In this document: positions 13,015 to 25,606 of the stretch, piece after piece
Position numbering within the stretch: position 1 is the first letter of the stretch
How the letters are laid out: the number at the start of each line of letters is the position of its first letter
Assembly: GCF_001194135.2 (NCBI RefSeq)
Contig: NC_068983.1
Coordinates: forward strand, 27,994,488-28,058,487
DNA length: 64,000 bases
Direction: 5' to 3'
Origin: Octopus bimaculoides
Lineage: Eukaryota
Position numbers and translations under genes: made by a program
Notes under the pieces: model-generated
Told to the model about the DNA's origin: nothing
The model's input: only the letters and a program-made list of their open reading frames with translations
The model's database searches: none

Positions 13015-13539
13015 CAGAGGTCACCAAACTATGGCCTGCAAGGTCAGTTCATCCACCCTGCTGCCACACTGTACCTTTTGTGTAGGTACCTGCAATGAAA
13101 GTTCATTTGCCTCTGGGATGGTATCAGTGTTTGGAATAACTTATGTCTGTGAGCAAACATTTTCAAAACTGAAGTATGTGAAGAAGTCAGCACATCAAAC
13201 GAGGTTGAATGATGAACATTTGAAAGCAATTCTCTTGGTTGGATGCAACAATTCCAAAGCAAATATTGATGATATTTTAAAAGCTAAACACCAATTTCAC
13301 AAATCTCACCAATCGTTTTTGCTATTTAGTTTGTGAGATTCGGATATGTACGCACTGGGTGTGATGTAACTATCCTATTGCTAACGTTGCCTTCTTTGAT
13401 AACTTTTTGGTAAATAACTATGTTGGATGGCTATTTTTTGTGCATTCACTGTATTGTATTGAACAAAATGGTTTTGCAGCCCATGCCCATCGTTCTCTCA
13501 GTTATCTGGCCCATCATGAAAAAAATTTGGTGAGCCCTG
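13015..13539 (+). mobile_element. hAT (Charlie/SPIN/Buster-like) internally deleted DNA transposon, 525 bp
   Basis: Imperfect TIRs cagaggtcaccaaac / atttggtgagccctg and a perfect 8-bp TSD atgtatat (13007-13014 and 13540-13547). Retains the transposase C-terminus FGITYVCEQTFSKLKYVK...RLNDEHLKAIL (hAT dimerisation-domain-like). Confidence 0.9.
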
Positions 13540-14226
13540 ATGTATATGATCACTTGATCTACTAGAAACAGCAACTAAACTGAACCAAGAAACCCTTAAT
13601 TTACACGGATCATTAAACTTGCTAGAATAACAACCAAAGTGAGCCAGTGTAAGAGCAAAATAGTACAAAAATTGAAGCATTTATATGCCTCTCAACCTGT
13701 TCAAAATAGTAGCAAGGGAGTTTCTATGCTGTTACTCAACCTGCAAGAAACGAAGTTGACTCAATCAAAGTTGACTCACTAAACTAAGCATATCATCCCA
13801 AACTTAATCATGAAAGATCTTTCAACTGGAATAATAAGTTAACACAAAGCGTCAACTGCATAGTAATATTGCTACAGTACAAATGATACAATCTCCCTTT
13901 AGTGCTGGAAATGAAATTTGAGAGTGATTCTCTTTCTTTAAACTTCAGGGAATTCTTATATGCTCCTCTTTTCAGTCATACAAATGAGTGCTTTGTAAAT
14001 ATTTCAAATAATACACATTCACACAATGTATAAAAAAAAACAGTATAAATTAATAGGATTTGCATGAACAAATTTGGAACCACATAATTTTTAAGTCCTC
14101 TCTCTCTCTGTATGCCTAAGTCTATATGTGTGTCTAGTCTCACAGCATATCTTATGAGACCATGGATTTGTGCATAGAAAGTATTTTCCATTTTACCATG
14201 CTTGTGATCCTGGATGATTTGTTTTA

Positions 14227-14467
14227 TAGGGTGGCCCAAAAGTAGGTTTACGATTATCACATTAAAGGCATTTAAAATTTCTTTTAAAGCATTTTATTAC
14301 ATTTAAATTTCTATCTTATAAACTGAAAAGGGAGCTTGACAAAATTATCTAAATTAGCATAGAATAATGGTTTCATATTTTTTTTTTTATAATTAAGATC
14401 TAAACTGTTAATATATGAATGTGAAAGAGATAGTTGAATAACTGTAAACCTACTTTGGACCACCCTG
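14227..14467. mobile_element. Tc1/mariner-type MITE, 241 bp
   Basis: TIRs (t/c)agggtgg(c/t)ccaaa(a)gtaggttta at both ends, flanked by TA at 14225-14226 and 14468-14469. Confidence 0.85.
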
Positions 14468-15742
14468 TATATACAGCAATGCTTTGATATACAAGTTAAT
14501 TTGCTCCCAGAGGTCACTCATAAAACAGAGCAATAATTTCCCATAGTAGCAATGTCATAAATTGTAAAACTTTCCCAGGAAAATATCTTATCTATAAAAC
14601 TTATAACATACATAAATAAATGGCAATAAAACAGTAGAATGTAAAGAATATCTTATGTAAAGTAAAAAGAATACCAAGATCATTTATAATAAAAAAAATA
14701 TAATTATCATAATCACTTTCTGAATCACTTTTACTCTCACTAAACTTGCGCACACCATCACTTGCAAATGTGATCACCAATTCACAAAGCCACCATAGAC
14801 GGACTTGTAGATTTCTTTTTAAAAACAAGTCTAGAGTTGTTTGCTTAGGTGAAGCATTTTTTTGCTCTCTGTAAATTTTTCAGTAACACGCAGGAGCATT
14901 TATTATGGTAGTGGAAACTTTTGCACTGCATTTAAAATTTGGATCTTATGCTTGAAAAATAAACTCATAAACCCGGGGTCCTCGTAAAGTGAGATATTAC
15001 TGTAATTTGTTTTACTTTTTCTATTGTCCTGTGGAAAGACACAAATAACTCATTTATTATTCTAATGTTAGATCAGATTTGGTACTCGTTATGTAAACCA
15101 TTACAACCTGTTTTATGGTCAAGCCATTAAGACTAAACTAGAAACTCCCCTCTTGGGTTTGGGGTCTCATTTTAGTATGTGAAGGGTGGACAGACAAAGT
15201 GAAGTGACAAAAAGAAAATGCAGCATCTGTTAAAAAATGGCAGATGAACTCCACAGCGAATCATCAGCGATCTATCAAGTCACAAATGGGGATGGGAGCC
15301 ATTTTGGTCTTACACTCTCACATTGCTAACTCTTTTAACAACCCTTGCCTCCTCTTTTCTCTGTCTCTCTTTGAGATATACTATCCTTTATTTCTCCTGA
15401 CCCAGACAGAGCCAAGTAAAAGGAGCTCTTTGATAAGTGCAAGGACTACTCAAGGTAGTTTCAGTCAGTCCGTCCTAGCTAAGAAAATTTTTCACTATCA
15501 AAAATTAGAGATGTGCATTGCTCCCAATTTTTATATACAAAAATTGAAAACTATTTCCGTAACATCAAATAGTATACTATGTTTAGAAAAAAATCTGCTT
15601 TGAGGAAATAACTGTAATTAGAAGGAAATGTTTCAGATAGAAATCTCATTTGAATGTTGACACAATAGTAATATTTAGGTTTATAAATGTAACTTTTTTT
15701 CTCAATCTGGAGGATATATTTTGACTGTAAAAATACTAAATA

Positions 15743-16598
15743 CAAGGTTGTATCAAAAATTCCCAAACTAGTTCTGTAGCATGTCAATAGATGACAGCAC
15801 ATGGTTTCATGCAGAGTGAGAGCTAGCAGTGACCTTTATGAGACAGTGTGTCAAGTGACATTGCTGTGATTACTTTGCAAGTTGTGAAATTTGTGTTTTT
15901 GTGATCACGTGTATGCTGTAGTCTGCGATTTTGTTATGGACAGGAATAAAGAGCCAACATAAAATTTTGTGTTAAACCTGGGAAGTCTGCTACAGAGACA
16001 TTGAGCATGTTTTGGCAACCTTATGGCAATGAAGCAATGGGTTGTGTGCATTGTTTTGAGGGGAATGGGTACTTCAAAACTGGAAGAACATCCCTGGATG
16101 ATGATGAGCAATCTGGAAGACCTGCCATGAGTGTCGTCCCTGGAAATGTGGTATTGTGCATAGAGAATTCGTTCCTCAGGTTCAGACCATCAATCAAGAT
16201 TCCTACTGTGAGTGAGGGCATTCAGTGAAAACAACAGGATTTCTTCATGAGGACAATACACCCTGTAACCAAGCTCTCCTCACACATGAGTTTCTCACCA
16301 AAAAAACATGGTAACACTTCCACGACCATCCTATTTGCCAGATTTAGAACCTGCAGACTTCCATTTCTTCCCCAAGATGAAAATATAGCTCCAAAGGTCA
16401 CCGTTTTAACATTGTTGTCAAAACCCAGAGGAAATCTCAGGTTTTCAAGTCGCTTACAGAAAACAACTTGCAGGCCAGATTGGTGTACTGATATGCAAGG
16501 TGACTATTTCGAAGGAGGTGATATTAAAACTTAGGCAAATAAGCTGTTTTTTTTTTTATTAAACATAACTATTCCAGGACCTTTTTGATACCACCTCG
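15743..16598 (+). mobile_element. Degenerate, internally deleted mariner transposon
   Basis: TIRs TA|caaggttgtatcaaaaa ... tttttgataccacctcg|TA. Frameshifted transposase remnants include FKTGRTSLDDDEQSGRP (mariner HTH region) and LHEDNT plus a PYSPDLAP-like region. Confidence 0.85.
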
Positions 16599-17179
16599 TA
16601 ATGATTTATAATTTAGAGCCAAGCAGGTCTATAAGTGAAACAGGGAGTACATGGTCCTCAAACCCTGGTTATTTTGTGCGATCTCAGAAGACATTAGCAA
16701 GCATTGAATACTAACATTCATCAATAAGAAGACCTCAAATGAAATTTTGTATCCTTCATAAAATTCATCTCAGAGGCTCCAAGGACAAGGTCTCAAGTGT
16801 TAAGAGATGGCTTTAGTCAGTTGCATCAACTCAATACTGATGATATTTATTTTGTCAACTCCAGAAGAAAAGAAAAGAAATTCAGCTTGGTAGGATTTGC
16901 ACTCAGTATGTGTGATCCAGGGCCTAAATGTATCAATGTATCTCACGAGACCTTGGAACTGTACCTTCTTCTTTCTACAAGGTTCAAACTAGGAATTTGG
17001 GCAATGTTTTTGTTGTTTTTTTTTTGTTTTTTTGCATCCAACAGGCCAAATCTCCCCTCTTAACACCACCAATGTTGTCCAAGTGATAATTAAGAACATT
17101 GAACCAATCAGCTGCCCTGGACTGGTAATTTCCTTATGAACCTCAAAAGAAGCTGCTATAAAAGGAAGCAACCCACCCT

Positions 17180-17539
17180 GTACAAAAGCGACTGAAACCA
17201 TTGCACTGGTACTTGTGCCGGTGGCATGTGAAAAGACATTTGAGCAAGGTCGTTGCCAGTGCCACTGGACTGGCTCCTGTGCAGGTGGCACATAAAATAC
17301 ACCATTTTGAGTGTTGCCGTTGCCAGTACCGCCCGACTGGCCTTCATGCCAGTGGCACGTAAAAGCACCCACTACACTCTCAGAGTGGTTGGCATTAGGA
17401 AGGGCATCCAGCTGTAGAAACTCTGCCAAATCAGATTGGAGCCTGGTGTAGCCATCTGGTTCACCACTCCTCAGTCAAATCGTCCAACCCATGCTAGCAT
17501 GGAAAGTGGACGTTAAACAATGATGATGATGATGATGAT
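17180..17539 (+). mobile_element. (GAT)n-tailed SINE with 2-3 diverged ~60-bp 5' units
   Basis: ...gttgccagtgccactggactggctcctgtgc...gttgccagtaccgcccgactggcc...aggaagggcatccagc...gttaaacaatgatgatg. Confidence 0.85.
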
Positions 17540-18204
17540 TCCTCTCTCAAATTCATACAGGCCTTCAGTTTTTCTAAGCAATGTAAAATAACTCAGAAGG
17601 TTGAGCCCTCCAACCAGGCCCTTCACGATACCCTTAAAACCAGGAATTTTTCAGCACTCTCTCATATTTTATCAGATGTTCTGATGATTCTGCCAATCTA
17701 CCATGCTAAACATTTCTACTCAAAGTTGGAAATTTGGGGAAGCAAACTGATTAAATTTACTGCAATACTTCACTGATATTTTATTTTATTAACTGTGGAG
17801 GGATGAAAAACAAAACTGGTCTCAGTGAGATTTAAACTCAGAGCATAAAAGAAGCAAAATAAATTCTGCAAAGCATTGCTCTCATTACTCTACCAATATA
17901 TTGCCTTCAGAACATAAAAGGGTATTAACAAATGCTGAAGGGATTTTTATCAGATGATCTAATGATTCTGCAAATTCTTCACTCTAAAATTAGTGAATAT
18001 TGAAAATCTTTAACGATCATGGTGAATATTTTTTTTCTCTACTGTTATTGGAAAATTCTCTGATACATCTAAACAGAGTTGTTAATGAATGTTCCAAAAT
18101 ATTTTGCGTAATTTAGGTGAGGTTTTAATCTGAAATAAGAAAGAAATGTAAAAGGTGTATTAACTCAAAAGTGATCTTTTCATTTTGAAAATTAACCAGA
18201 TCAT

Positions 18205-19592
18205 TTTATTAAATGATTATTAATAATATTAACAACAATGAGGATACAATACTTGACATAGAGTATGTCCAACAAACAAAATGTTTAAAAAACAAAAGCA
18301 TCGTCTCTATTCAACAATTGTATTTTTTTTTAACAAAATCATATTTCTTAAAAATCTAAATGACACAAAAGATAACAAACAAACTGTGACAAATGTTTGA
18401 AAAGGCCTTCAAAGATATTATCACATTCGAGAAGTCCATATTAGTTCAGAATTAGTATATAAAAATAATAATAAAATATTTCAGGGAAAAAATGTTTCCT
18501 CCATTTCTATTTTGTCATGAAAAACAGCTGATTAAGGATAATTTTTTTGCATCATTCTTCATCTTAATAGCCTCTTCCAACTACAGAAAATTTTACCATT
18601 TTGTCTCGAGTTTAAAAACTTCATTGAAGCCACCCTATTATTCCTCAACCCAGGAAATAAATTTTGCTGCTTATAGCATATTTTGAAATACTTCAGTAAT
18701 TTTAAACTATTATGATTTTACCATCAATTAATAATATAAAGATTAGATTTAAGGAATGTTTTAAAATTCACTACAGAGACTAAATTCTATTCTGTAATTT
18801 CTAATCTGCAAATGATATTAATTAAACATAATTAAACACAGGCTGTTATAGTTAAATTGTGGTAATGAGCAGTTGAAAATGGTGTAAAGCAGATTATTAT
18901 TTCTTTACATTCTACATGGAATTATACTTCTTGTAATTATTTTCAGATTTCAAATTAGATATCTTATGCTTCAAAGTGCAATTTACTTTGATTTGCACTC
19001 ATAATTTCTGTTACCAGATATTTCTGTAATGAAGATAAGACACTTGACAAGTTCACATTCGTTTGTTATTTCATATATAAAATTGATTGATTTCTTACAT
19101 TGGCACAAGACCACAGATTGATTGAATTGATTCCAGTACATGACTAGTTTTCATTTTATTGACCCTCAAAGGGATGAAAGGCAAAGTCAATCCAGATGAG
19201 ATCTGAACTCAGCATGATCAAGGATGTTACTAAATACAGTACCACAAGGTACTTTGTTTATATCTGCTCTCCAGCATTCTTACTTTATATGCTTGAAGAT
19301 GATGATTCACACTGCTGGTACTATGCTTTTCACAATTTGTGATCCTTAAGGCAACAAAATTATTTCATTTTATCACCTAAAAGATCACCTGTGAAGAGAA
19401 AACTCTGAGCAATGATGGTGAATCATTAGCTTCAAATAAATTAATAAACTCTACTACATGAATTAAATACTTTTCTCTCATTTGTTTATCCAAACATATA
19501 CATTACAATATAATTTTCATGGTTGGGATAATTTCTCTGAAATGTATGTCTTCTTTAAAGTAATCAACAAATGTCTCTATTGAGCTGGTACA
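18205..19592 (-). other. Probable 3' UTR of the minus-strand gene
   Basis: AT-rich non-coding stretch after the stop codon, with a candidate AATAAA on the minus strand at 18205-18210. The true end cannot be determined from sequence. Confidence 0.3.
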
Positions 19593-20480
19593 TCAGGGAT
19601 ATTCCAAAGACTTAACAGTCGTCAAAAATGTGCGTAGTAAAGATGCCATACATAAGGCTTGCCTCATTAGAAGCTGCACATGTGGGTCTGTGTTTGGTTT
19701 CCCAGCAGCAGTAAATACTGCTTGAAGAGTGTCTTTGAAAGATTGTGCAAGAATACATAGTTCTGTTCCAAGATGTTGAGATTTCTGCACTGAATTCAAA
19801 GTTATCATAGTCTCATAAGCAAAAAAGAACACTTTTGTGACAGAATGCATGCATGTACTCAAGCTGTTTTGCAGCTTTTCTTTCGTGAGGGCTGCATTTA
19901 TTAGAAAAAATTTTGTATGGTTAATAAATTGTTTGGTTTGGAGATAGAGTTTTGTTCGAGATTCCTCAAAATAATTTTCATCTTCAATATTTTGTAGTTC
20001 TTTAAAGTTTTCTAAATCCACTTGCATGTCTTTTACAAGAGTTTCAATATCTTTTGATGCCAATGACAAACTCTCTTCTCCACTATAAACTCGACTCAGT
20101 AACTCAGACTTTGATTCTGAAAATCTATTTTTTGGAATGTTTTCTAATGAAGAACAATCAGATCCAGTTTGGAAATGAGTTCCACTTTCAAAATTCTGAA
20201 TTCTAAAAGAATCCCATATATGTTTAAAAGTAGCATAATGGTTTATTCGTGATGGATCCTCTAAAGCCTGATTGCCGCACACAATTGGTTGCCACATATG
20301 TATAGAACAGATAGGATTGTCTGAAAAATGTTTACAATTTGCTTCAAATTTATTAGAAGAAGCATTTGTTGCTGAGTTTGTTTCCTTTGGAATTGATGGT
20401 TTTGGAGGTGTTCCCAAAACATGCTGTAGGGCTTTTAAAGGGCCTGGTTTGCAAGTTGCTGACTTTTGGTTTTGAGATTG
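19593..20480 (-). CDS. FRMPD4: FRMPD4-like gene terminal coding exon (888 nt incl. TGA) encoding C-terminal helical bundle
   Basis: Acceptor ttcttcttttccag|CAA TCT CAA, phase 0. Ends ...TKQFINHTKFFL...AAGKPNTDPHVQLLMRQALCMASLLRTFLTTVKSLEYP*. This resembles, from memory, the C-terminal domain of invertebrate FERM-and-PDZ-domain protein 4-like proteins. The FERM and PDZ domains themselves are not seen, so the name is an inference. Confidence 0.85.
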   Translation of the reverse strand, partial: QSQNQKSATCKPGPLKALQHVLGTPPKPSIPKETNSATNASSNKFEANCKHFSDNPICSIHMWQPIVCGNQALEDPSRINHYATFKHIWDSFRIQNFESGTHFQTGSDCSSLENIPKNRFSESKSELLSRVYSGEESLSLASKDIETLVKDMQVDLENFKELQNIEDENYFEESRTKLYLQTKQFINHTKFFLINAALTKEKLQNSLSTCMHSVTKVFFFAYETMITLNSVQKSQHLGTELCILAQSFKDTLQAVFTAAGKPNTDPHVQLLMRQALCMASLLRTFLTTVKSLEYP

Positions 20481-21081
20481 CTGGAAAAGAAGAAAATAAT
20501 GAAATATTAATGCAATATATGGAGAAGAGTATGATATGTTTGTAAGGAATTAAATTTCCAAAGAATTTCAGTTTAATTAAGAGAAGAGAGTTTTGCTAGT
20601 GGATTTCATATCAATGATAAAAGTGACTGAAGAGAATAGTTTATAATTCAGTACAATATAGTTTGAGTTAGACTTATCCATATTATAGTTATATAAGAGA
20701 TTAATCATGTACTGTTCTCTCTTGCTGTGATATAGTTATGTATTTGTGTATAAAAAGAATATATATATATTATATGTATACAGTGGTTGAAAACTTATAG
20801 CTAACTTTTTATTTGTGTATGTGAGTATGATGAGAGAAAGAGAGAGACTGAGAGCTTGTATGTGTGTCTGTCTGTCTGATATGTTGTAAATTTTAAATAA
20901 TTTCAAAGTGAAAGATGAAGTCAGAAGTGAAAATAAAATACTTTGCTTATAAAATCAATCTGAGGTGCAACATTATCACAGAATTATTAGCATCACAACT
21001 ATACATGCACAGCATGGTGACTTCATTTTATGACCCTGCAGGAGTGGCCCAATTAGAATTTTGTAGCCCATCCCACCTCTT

Positions 21082-21473
21082 TGTACACCTCTGATCATGT
21101 GAAAGAATAGTGATGGAGCATCATAGCCATATGTTGAAAGGGTGTTTTGTTTATCATCCTTAAATAACCCTTATTCAGTGACCTTTTGAGTGGGATCATC
21201 ATCATCATCATCATCGTTTAACGTCTGCTTTCCAAGCTAGCATGGGTTGGACGATTTGACTGAGGACTAGTGAACCAGATGGCTACAGTCCTCAGTCAAA
21301 TCGTCCAACCCATGCTAGCTTGGAAAGCAGACGTTAAACAATGATGATCATGATGATGATCCCACTCAAAAGGTCACTGAATAAGGGTTATTTAAGGATG
21401 ATGAACAAAACACCCTTTCAACATATGGCTATGATGCTCCCTCACTATTCTTGCACATGATCAGAGGTGTACA
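21082..21473. repeat. Near-perfect palindrome, 187-bp arms, 18-nt loop
   Basis: 21082-21268 is the reverse complement of 21287-21473, with about 5 mismatches by eye. Confidence 0.95.
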
Positions 21474-21659
21474 TATCATCAGCCACAAAGGGATATACTC
21501 AACTGGTGAAGGTCAAGCAACTGACAAGCGAATCTGTGGTATTGAGCAGAATATTTGCTGTAGTGTATCTTTTACACCAAGACAAAACATGTACACATTA
21601 ACAGGCGCAATTAGTTAAGACCAGAAGTCAGGAGAACCGCTGCCTGGCAGTGTGTGTGT

Positions 21660-21830
21660 GTGTGTGTGTAAACATATGTATGTATAGATATGTAGGTATG
21701 TATAAATATATGTATGTATAGATATGTAGGTATGTATAAATATATGTATGTACAGATATGTAGGTATGTATAAATATATGTGTATAGATACATAGGTATG
21801 TAGAAATATATGTATGTACAGATATGTGGC
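21660..21830. repeat. ~36-bp minisatellite (tatgtatgtatagatatgtaggtatgtataaatata)n
   Basis: About 4 tandem units are visible. Confidence 0.85.
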
Positions 21831-22200
21831 ACTCCGTCAGTTACGATAATGAGGGTTCCAGTTGATCTGATCAACAGAACAGACTGCTCATGAAATTAAC
21901 ATGCAAGTGGTTGAGCACTCCACAGACACATGTACCCTTAACAAAGTTCTCAGGGAAATTCAGCGTGACACAGAGTGTGACAAAGCTGCCCCTTTGAATT
22001 ACAGGCACAACAGAAACAGGAAGAAAGAGTGAGAGAAAGTTGTGGTGAAAGAGTACAGTAGGGTTCGCCACCATGCCCTCCCAGAGCCTCCTGGAGCTTT
22101 AGGTGTTTTTGCTCAATAAACACTCATAACACCCGGTCTGGGAATCGAAACTGTGATCCTACGACCTCAAATCCACTGCCCAAACCACTGGGCCATTGCA
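21830..22200 (-). mobile_element. Second tRNA-derived SINE family, reverse copy
   Basis: Reverse complement of the 31469 copy (gggaatcgaaac B-box, gccattgc head). Confidence 0.85.
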
Positions 22201-22384
22201 TCTCCACACAGATATGCATGTATATATAAATATATGTATAGATATGCATGTGTATATAAATGTATGTATAGATATGCATGTGTATATAAACATATGTATG
22301 TATAGATATGCATGTGTATATAAATATAGCTATGTATAGGTATGCATATATATATAAATATATGTATGTATAAATGTGTATGTC

Positions 22385-22503
22385 ATAATCTATCTGCGTA
22401 TAGATATGTATGTCAAAATCTATTCACATACAGATGTGTGTGTGTGTCGAAATCTATCCGCGTATAGATGTGTGTGTGTGTGTCGAAAGCTATCTGTATA
22501 TAG

Positions 22504-22534
<31 letters not shown>

Positions 22535-22635
22535 TGTCGAAATCTATCAGTGTGTAAATGTGTGTGTGTGTGTGTTGAAATCTATCCACGTATAGATGTG
22601 TATGTGTGTCGAAATCTATCCGCATATAGATGTGT
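22385..22635. repeat. Compound minisatellite: gtcgaaatctatccgcgtatagat units separated by variable (TG)n
   Basis: About 7 units. Lies at the tail of a minus-strand tRNA-like SINE head at about 22640-22700. Confidence 0.85.
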
Positions 22636-22771
22636 ATGTGGAAATTGAAACTACATTCTTATGATTGTCAATGCAACACTAACCACTCGGCCTCACACCT
22701 TTATTCTACATTTAATAAAGGAATAATAAAATTAATTTACATAAAGTGAAATATATTTGTTAAAAGCTTAC

Positions 22772-24199
22772 CTTATTTAATGTTGTCCTTGGACGAAGGA
22801 CTGAGTTTGATTGTGAAGAAATACCTTGCATCATCAGAGATTGCTTATGAATAGCTTCAGATAGAGCTTTGCTTTTATCAGAGCTATCAGATGAAGAAAT
22901 GGAAGCACTTTTACCTTTTCCTATTGTATTTAAATGTTTATTTTCAAGACTAGAAGTTCTTTTCCAGCAGGTATCAGAGTCCTGTCTAAAGAGCGTTAAA
23001 GAATTGGATCGATGCAAATCTTTATTTTTACAAGTACCAGATCTTGATTTCCTTTTGAGGAGGAAGTCACGGTAGGCTTGTAGTTTTGTTTTGAGAGCAG
23101 TGAATGTTTCGCTACTGCTGCACACTTGGGTACATTGAATGTCATCAGATGCTTGAGCAAAGTCTAACGATCTCGATTTAGTAAGATACTGAGCAGATAC
23201 ATTATCTTCAAGGAATGGAGACCTGCTTCCATTCAAAGACAACTCTCTAAATAAAGTTTGTGTTTTTGATTCATGGAATGCTTTATTATCACATTGAGAA
23301 TTAAAATTTGAATCAACCTTTTTTTCCATGTCATCACTATAGTCACCATTTTTCAACATCACTATGTCACTGTGACCCCTCGATTGAGAGGTGTCAGAAA
23401 TATGAGATGCTTTGTGATGTTTTGGAATAAAATTGTCCATACTTTTATCACAGCTAAAATTTGATCCTTCTTTGCCTTTAAGTTTCTGCATAGCATCACC
23501 ATCATCATTTTCCTTGATAGGTGTTTGATAACAACCATTATCGTCTAGTGTGGTATCTTGCAAACTTTCAATATCACTACAACTGTTTCTCAGCAAGCTC
23601 TGTAGTGATGCAGATTCTGAATAACTTTGCATCATGGGAGAATTAGTTTTAGAAGAGGTTAGCCCTGAGTCTGGAAGTGTTGAAGCTTTTGTGAATGTTT
23701 GAGATCGTTGAACATTGGTTGGGGGTATCAAATGAAGAAGAGTTTTTAGTTTTTCTGAGACTGAGGTAGGGGACTGGATATTATCTCTGTTATAACCTTT
23801 TGAATCCTGTTTGCTGTCATCTTCTGATAATAAAGCTACAAGTGATTGACTTTCAACGGATTCTTTGGAACCAAATTTCTGAATACTTTGGTCATCTTCT
23901 GTTTCCTCGAAAAGCAAATCAATGGAATTTGCCTTCATATATGAAGAAGATTTTCGGAATCTGGTTAATATGGGTGATGGAGATAATGCTGCAGAAGATG
24001 TTGATTGAGGTTTTTCTAGCCGATTACATGATTCTGATGAAGATGAAGATGATGATAAAGGTGGTGGTGGTATCACTAGCAAAGAAATGTCCTCTTCTAC
24101 AGATAAGTTGCCGCTGTCATGGCCACCCTGACTTGTGTCGGAGTAGCTGCCATCCCCTGACCAACCACTCCAACTGGGAGTCCTTGCTTCGGCAGTAGC
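22772..24199 (-). CDS. FRMPD4: FRMPD4-like gene large Ser-rich exon (1428 nt, phase 0-0)
   Basis: Acceptor ttttttctctaatag|GCT ACT GCC and donor AAT AAG|gtaagc. 476-codon open frame containing the supplied 440-aa ORF (ISLLVIPPPP...TFTALKTKLQAYRDFLLKRK...TTLNK). Confidence 0.9.
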
Positions 24200-24499
24200 C
24201 TATTAGAGAAAAAAATAAAATGGTAAAAATATTAACTACAAAGAAATTTCAACAATGTAACCATTAGTCATGTTCTCATATAATTTTTTGTTTTATCCAC
24301 ATGTGTGCAGGTGTGTATGGATATGTTATGTCTGCTGAAATGCATGTATTTAACCATTTCTTTGTTTTAATGTGAAACAAAAAATAAATACAAAGTTAGA
24401 AATGAACCATTTCTAAATCTCACAGAGAGATTTAAGCAGCAGTAGCATGGAAAGCAGACGTTAAACGATGATGACGATGATGATGATGATACGATAAAG

Positions 24500-24858
24500 T
24501 AGTTGTATACTGTCAACTTAACGTGACAGTCCCAATAAGGGAATCAAACTACTGCTATGTAGCCCTAGGAAGCAGGACCGCTTCCTGTCAGCCTTGACAC
24601 ATTTCCTGTGTCCTTACGTTTACAAGGTGGAGGTGCTTATCTCCCCTTCATAAACATAAGNNNNNNNNNNNNNNAGCCTTGACACATTTCCTGTGTCCTT
24701 ACGTTTACAAGGTGGAGGTGCTTATCTCCCCTTCATAAACATAAGGACACAGGAAATGTGTCAAGGCTGACAGGAAGCGGTCCAGCTTCCTAGGGCTAAA
24801 TAGCAGTGGTATGATTCCCTTATTGGGACTGTCAAGTTAAGTTGATAGTATACAACTA
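24500..24858. mobile_element. Fold-back element copy A (PLE/retrozyme-like family); contains assembly gap
   Basis: Left arm tagttgtatactgtcaacttaacgtgacagtccc... is the reverse complement of right arm ...gggactgtcaagttaagttgatagtatacaacta. Same family as copies B-D. The outer hairpin part at about 24406-24445 is separated from it by a SINE tail insertion. Confidence 0.75.
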
Positions 24859-25545
24859 AATACAAAGTTATATAATGAAAATAATTATTTCCATGATTGC
24901 TATACCTTGCTGATGAGATCATATGAATGAAACAATTTACGGTCCTTTCTATACTTGCCTCCCAAAATTATATTATCAACCAACATTAAATATATGAACA
25001 ATAATTTAACTGGATCATGGAAAATATCAGTAAAAGACATGCATCTGGAAGAGAATTGTAATCAGCATAGACAGTGGAGGGAGAAAATATGGTGGATAAG
25101 ATTTCCTGAACATGTGAAGAGAATTTTTTAAGAACCAGATTATAATTCTATAAAGGAAAGCTAATAAATCGCTTTTGTATTTGCTTTGCAAGATTCTTAA
25201 TTTGAAATTGTGTGTTGAAACAGATTTTGTAGTATCTTGGGAGTTATATGAGTTTCTTATTGGCATAATCACCCTCCCAAGATACAACTAAAGCTAATAA
25301 GTGATTATTTGGAAATGGATGAATAAGTTTTGATTCTGATGTTAGATGACAATGCCAAAAAATGAGGCAAAAATATTGATGAGAAATGTTTTAGAACTGC
25401 CCAAACGAGTCAGAATATGCAGCATGTGCAAAGTCATAAATGATGAGATGGCCTATTTATACAGTGGTGAGCATAAAAATATATGTGATATGAAAATTGG
25501 TAGTAACTTTTACAGACATTTTCTCACATGAATATTGAACATTTT

Positions 25546-25606
<61 letters not shown>

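Noticed and set aside
14601-14985. Possible further DNA transposon fragment (FSESKSDSESD peptide, cctcgta end)
   Set aside because: I could not pair termini or find a diagnostic transposase motif.
22385-22635. Repeat-spacer look reminiscent of a CRISPR array
   Set aside because: The spacers are simple (TG)n, the context is eukaryotic and there are no cas genes. The same applies to the 62-bp array.
23800-24198. 132-aa plus-strand ORF
   Set aside because: It is an antisense shadow of the large minus-strand exon. The same applies to 22869-23075 and 20272-20475.
24615-24745. Exact ~70-bp direct repeat inside fold-back copy A
   Set aside because: The two copies flank a 15-N gap, which is a typical contig-overlap artefact.
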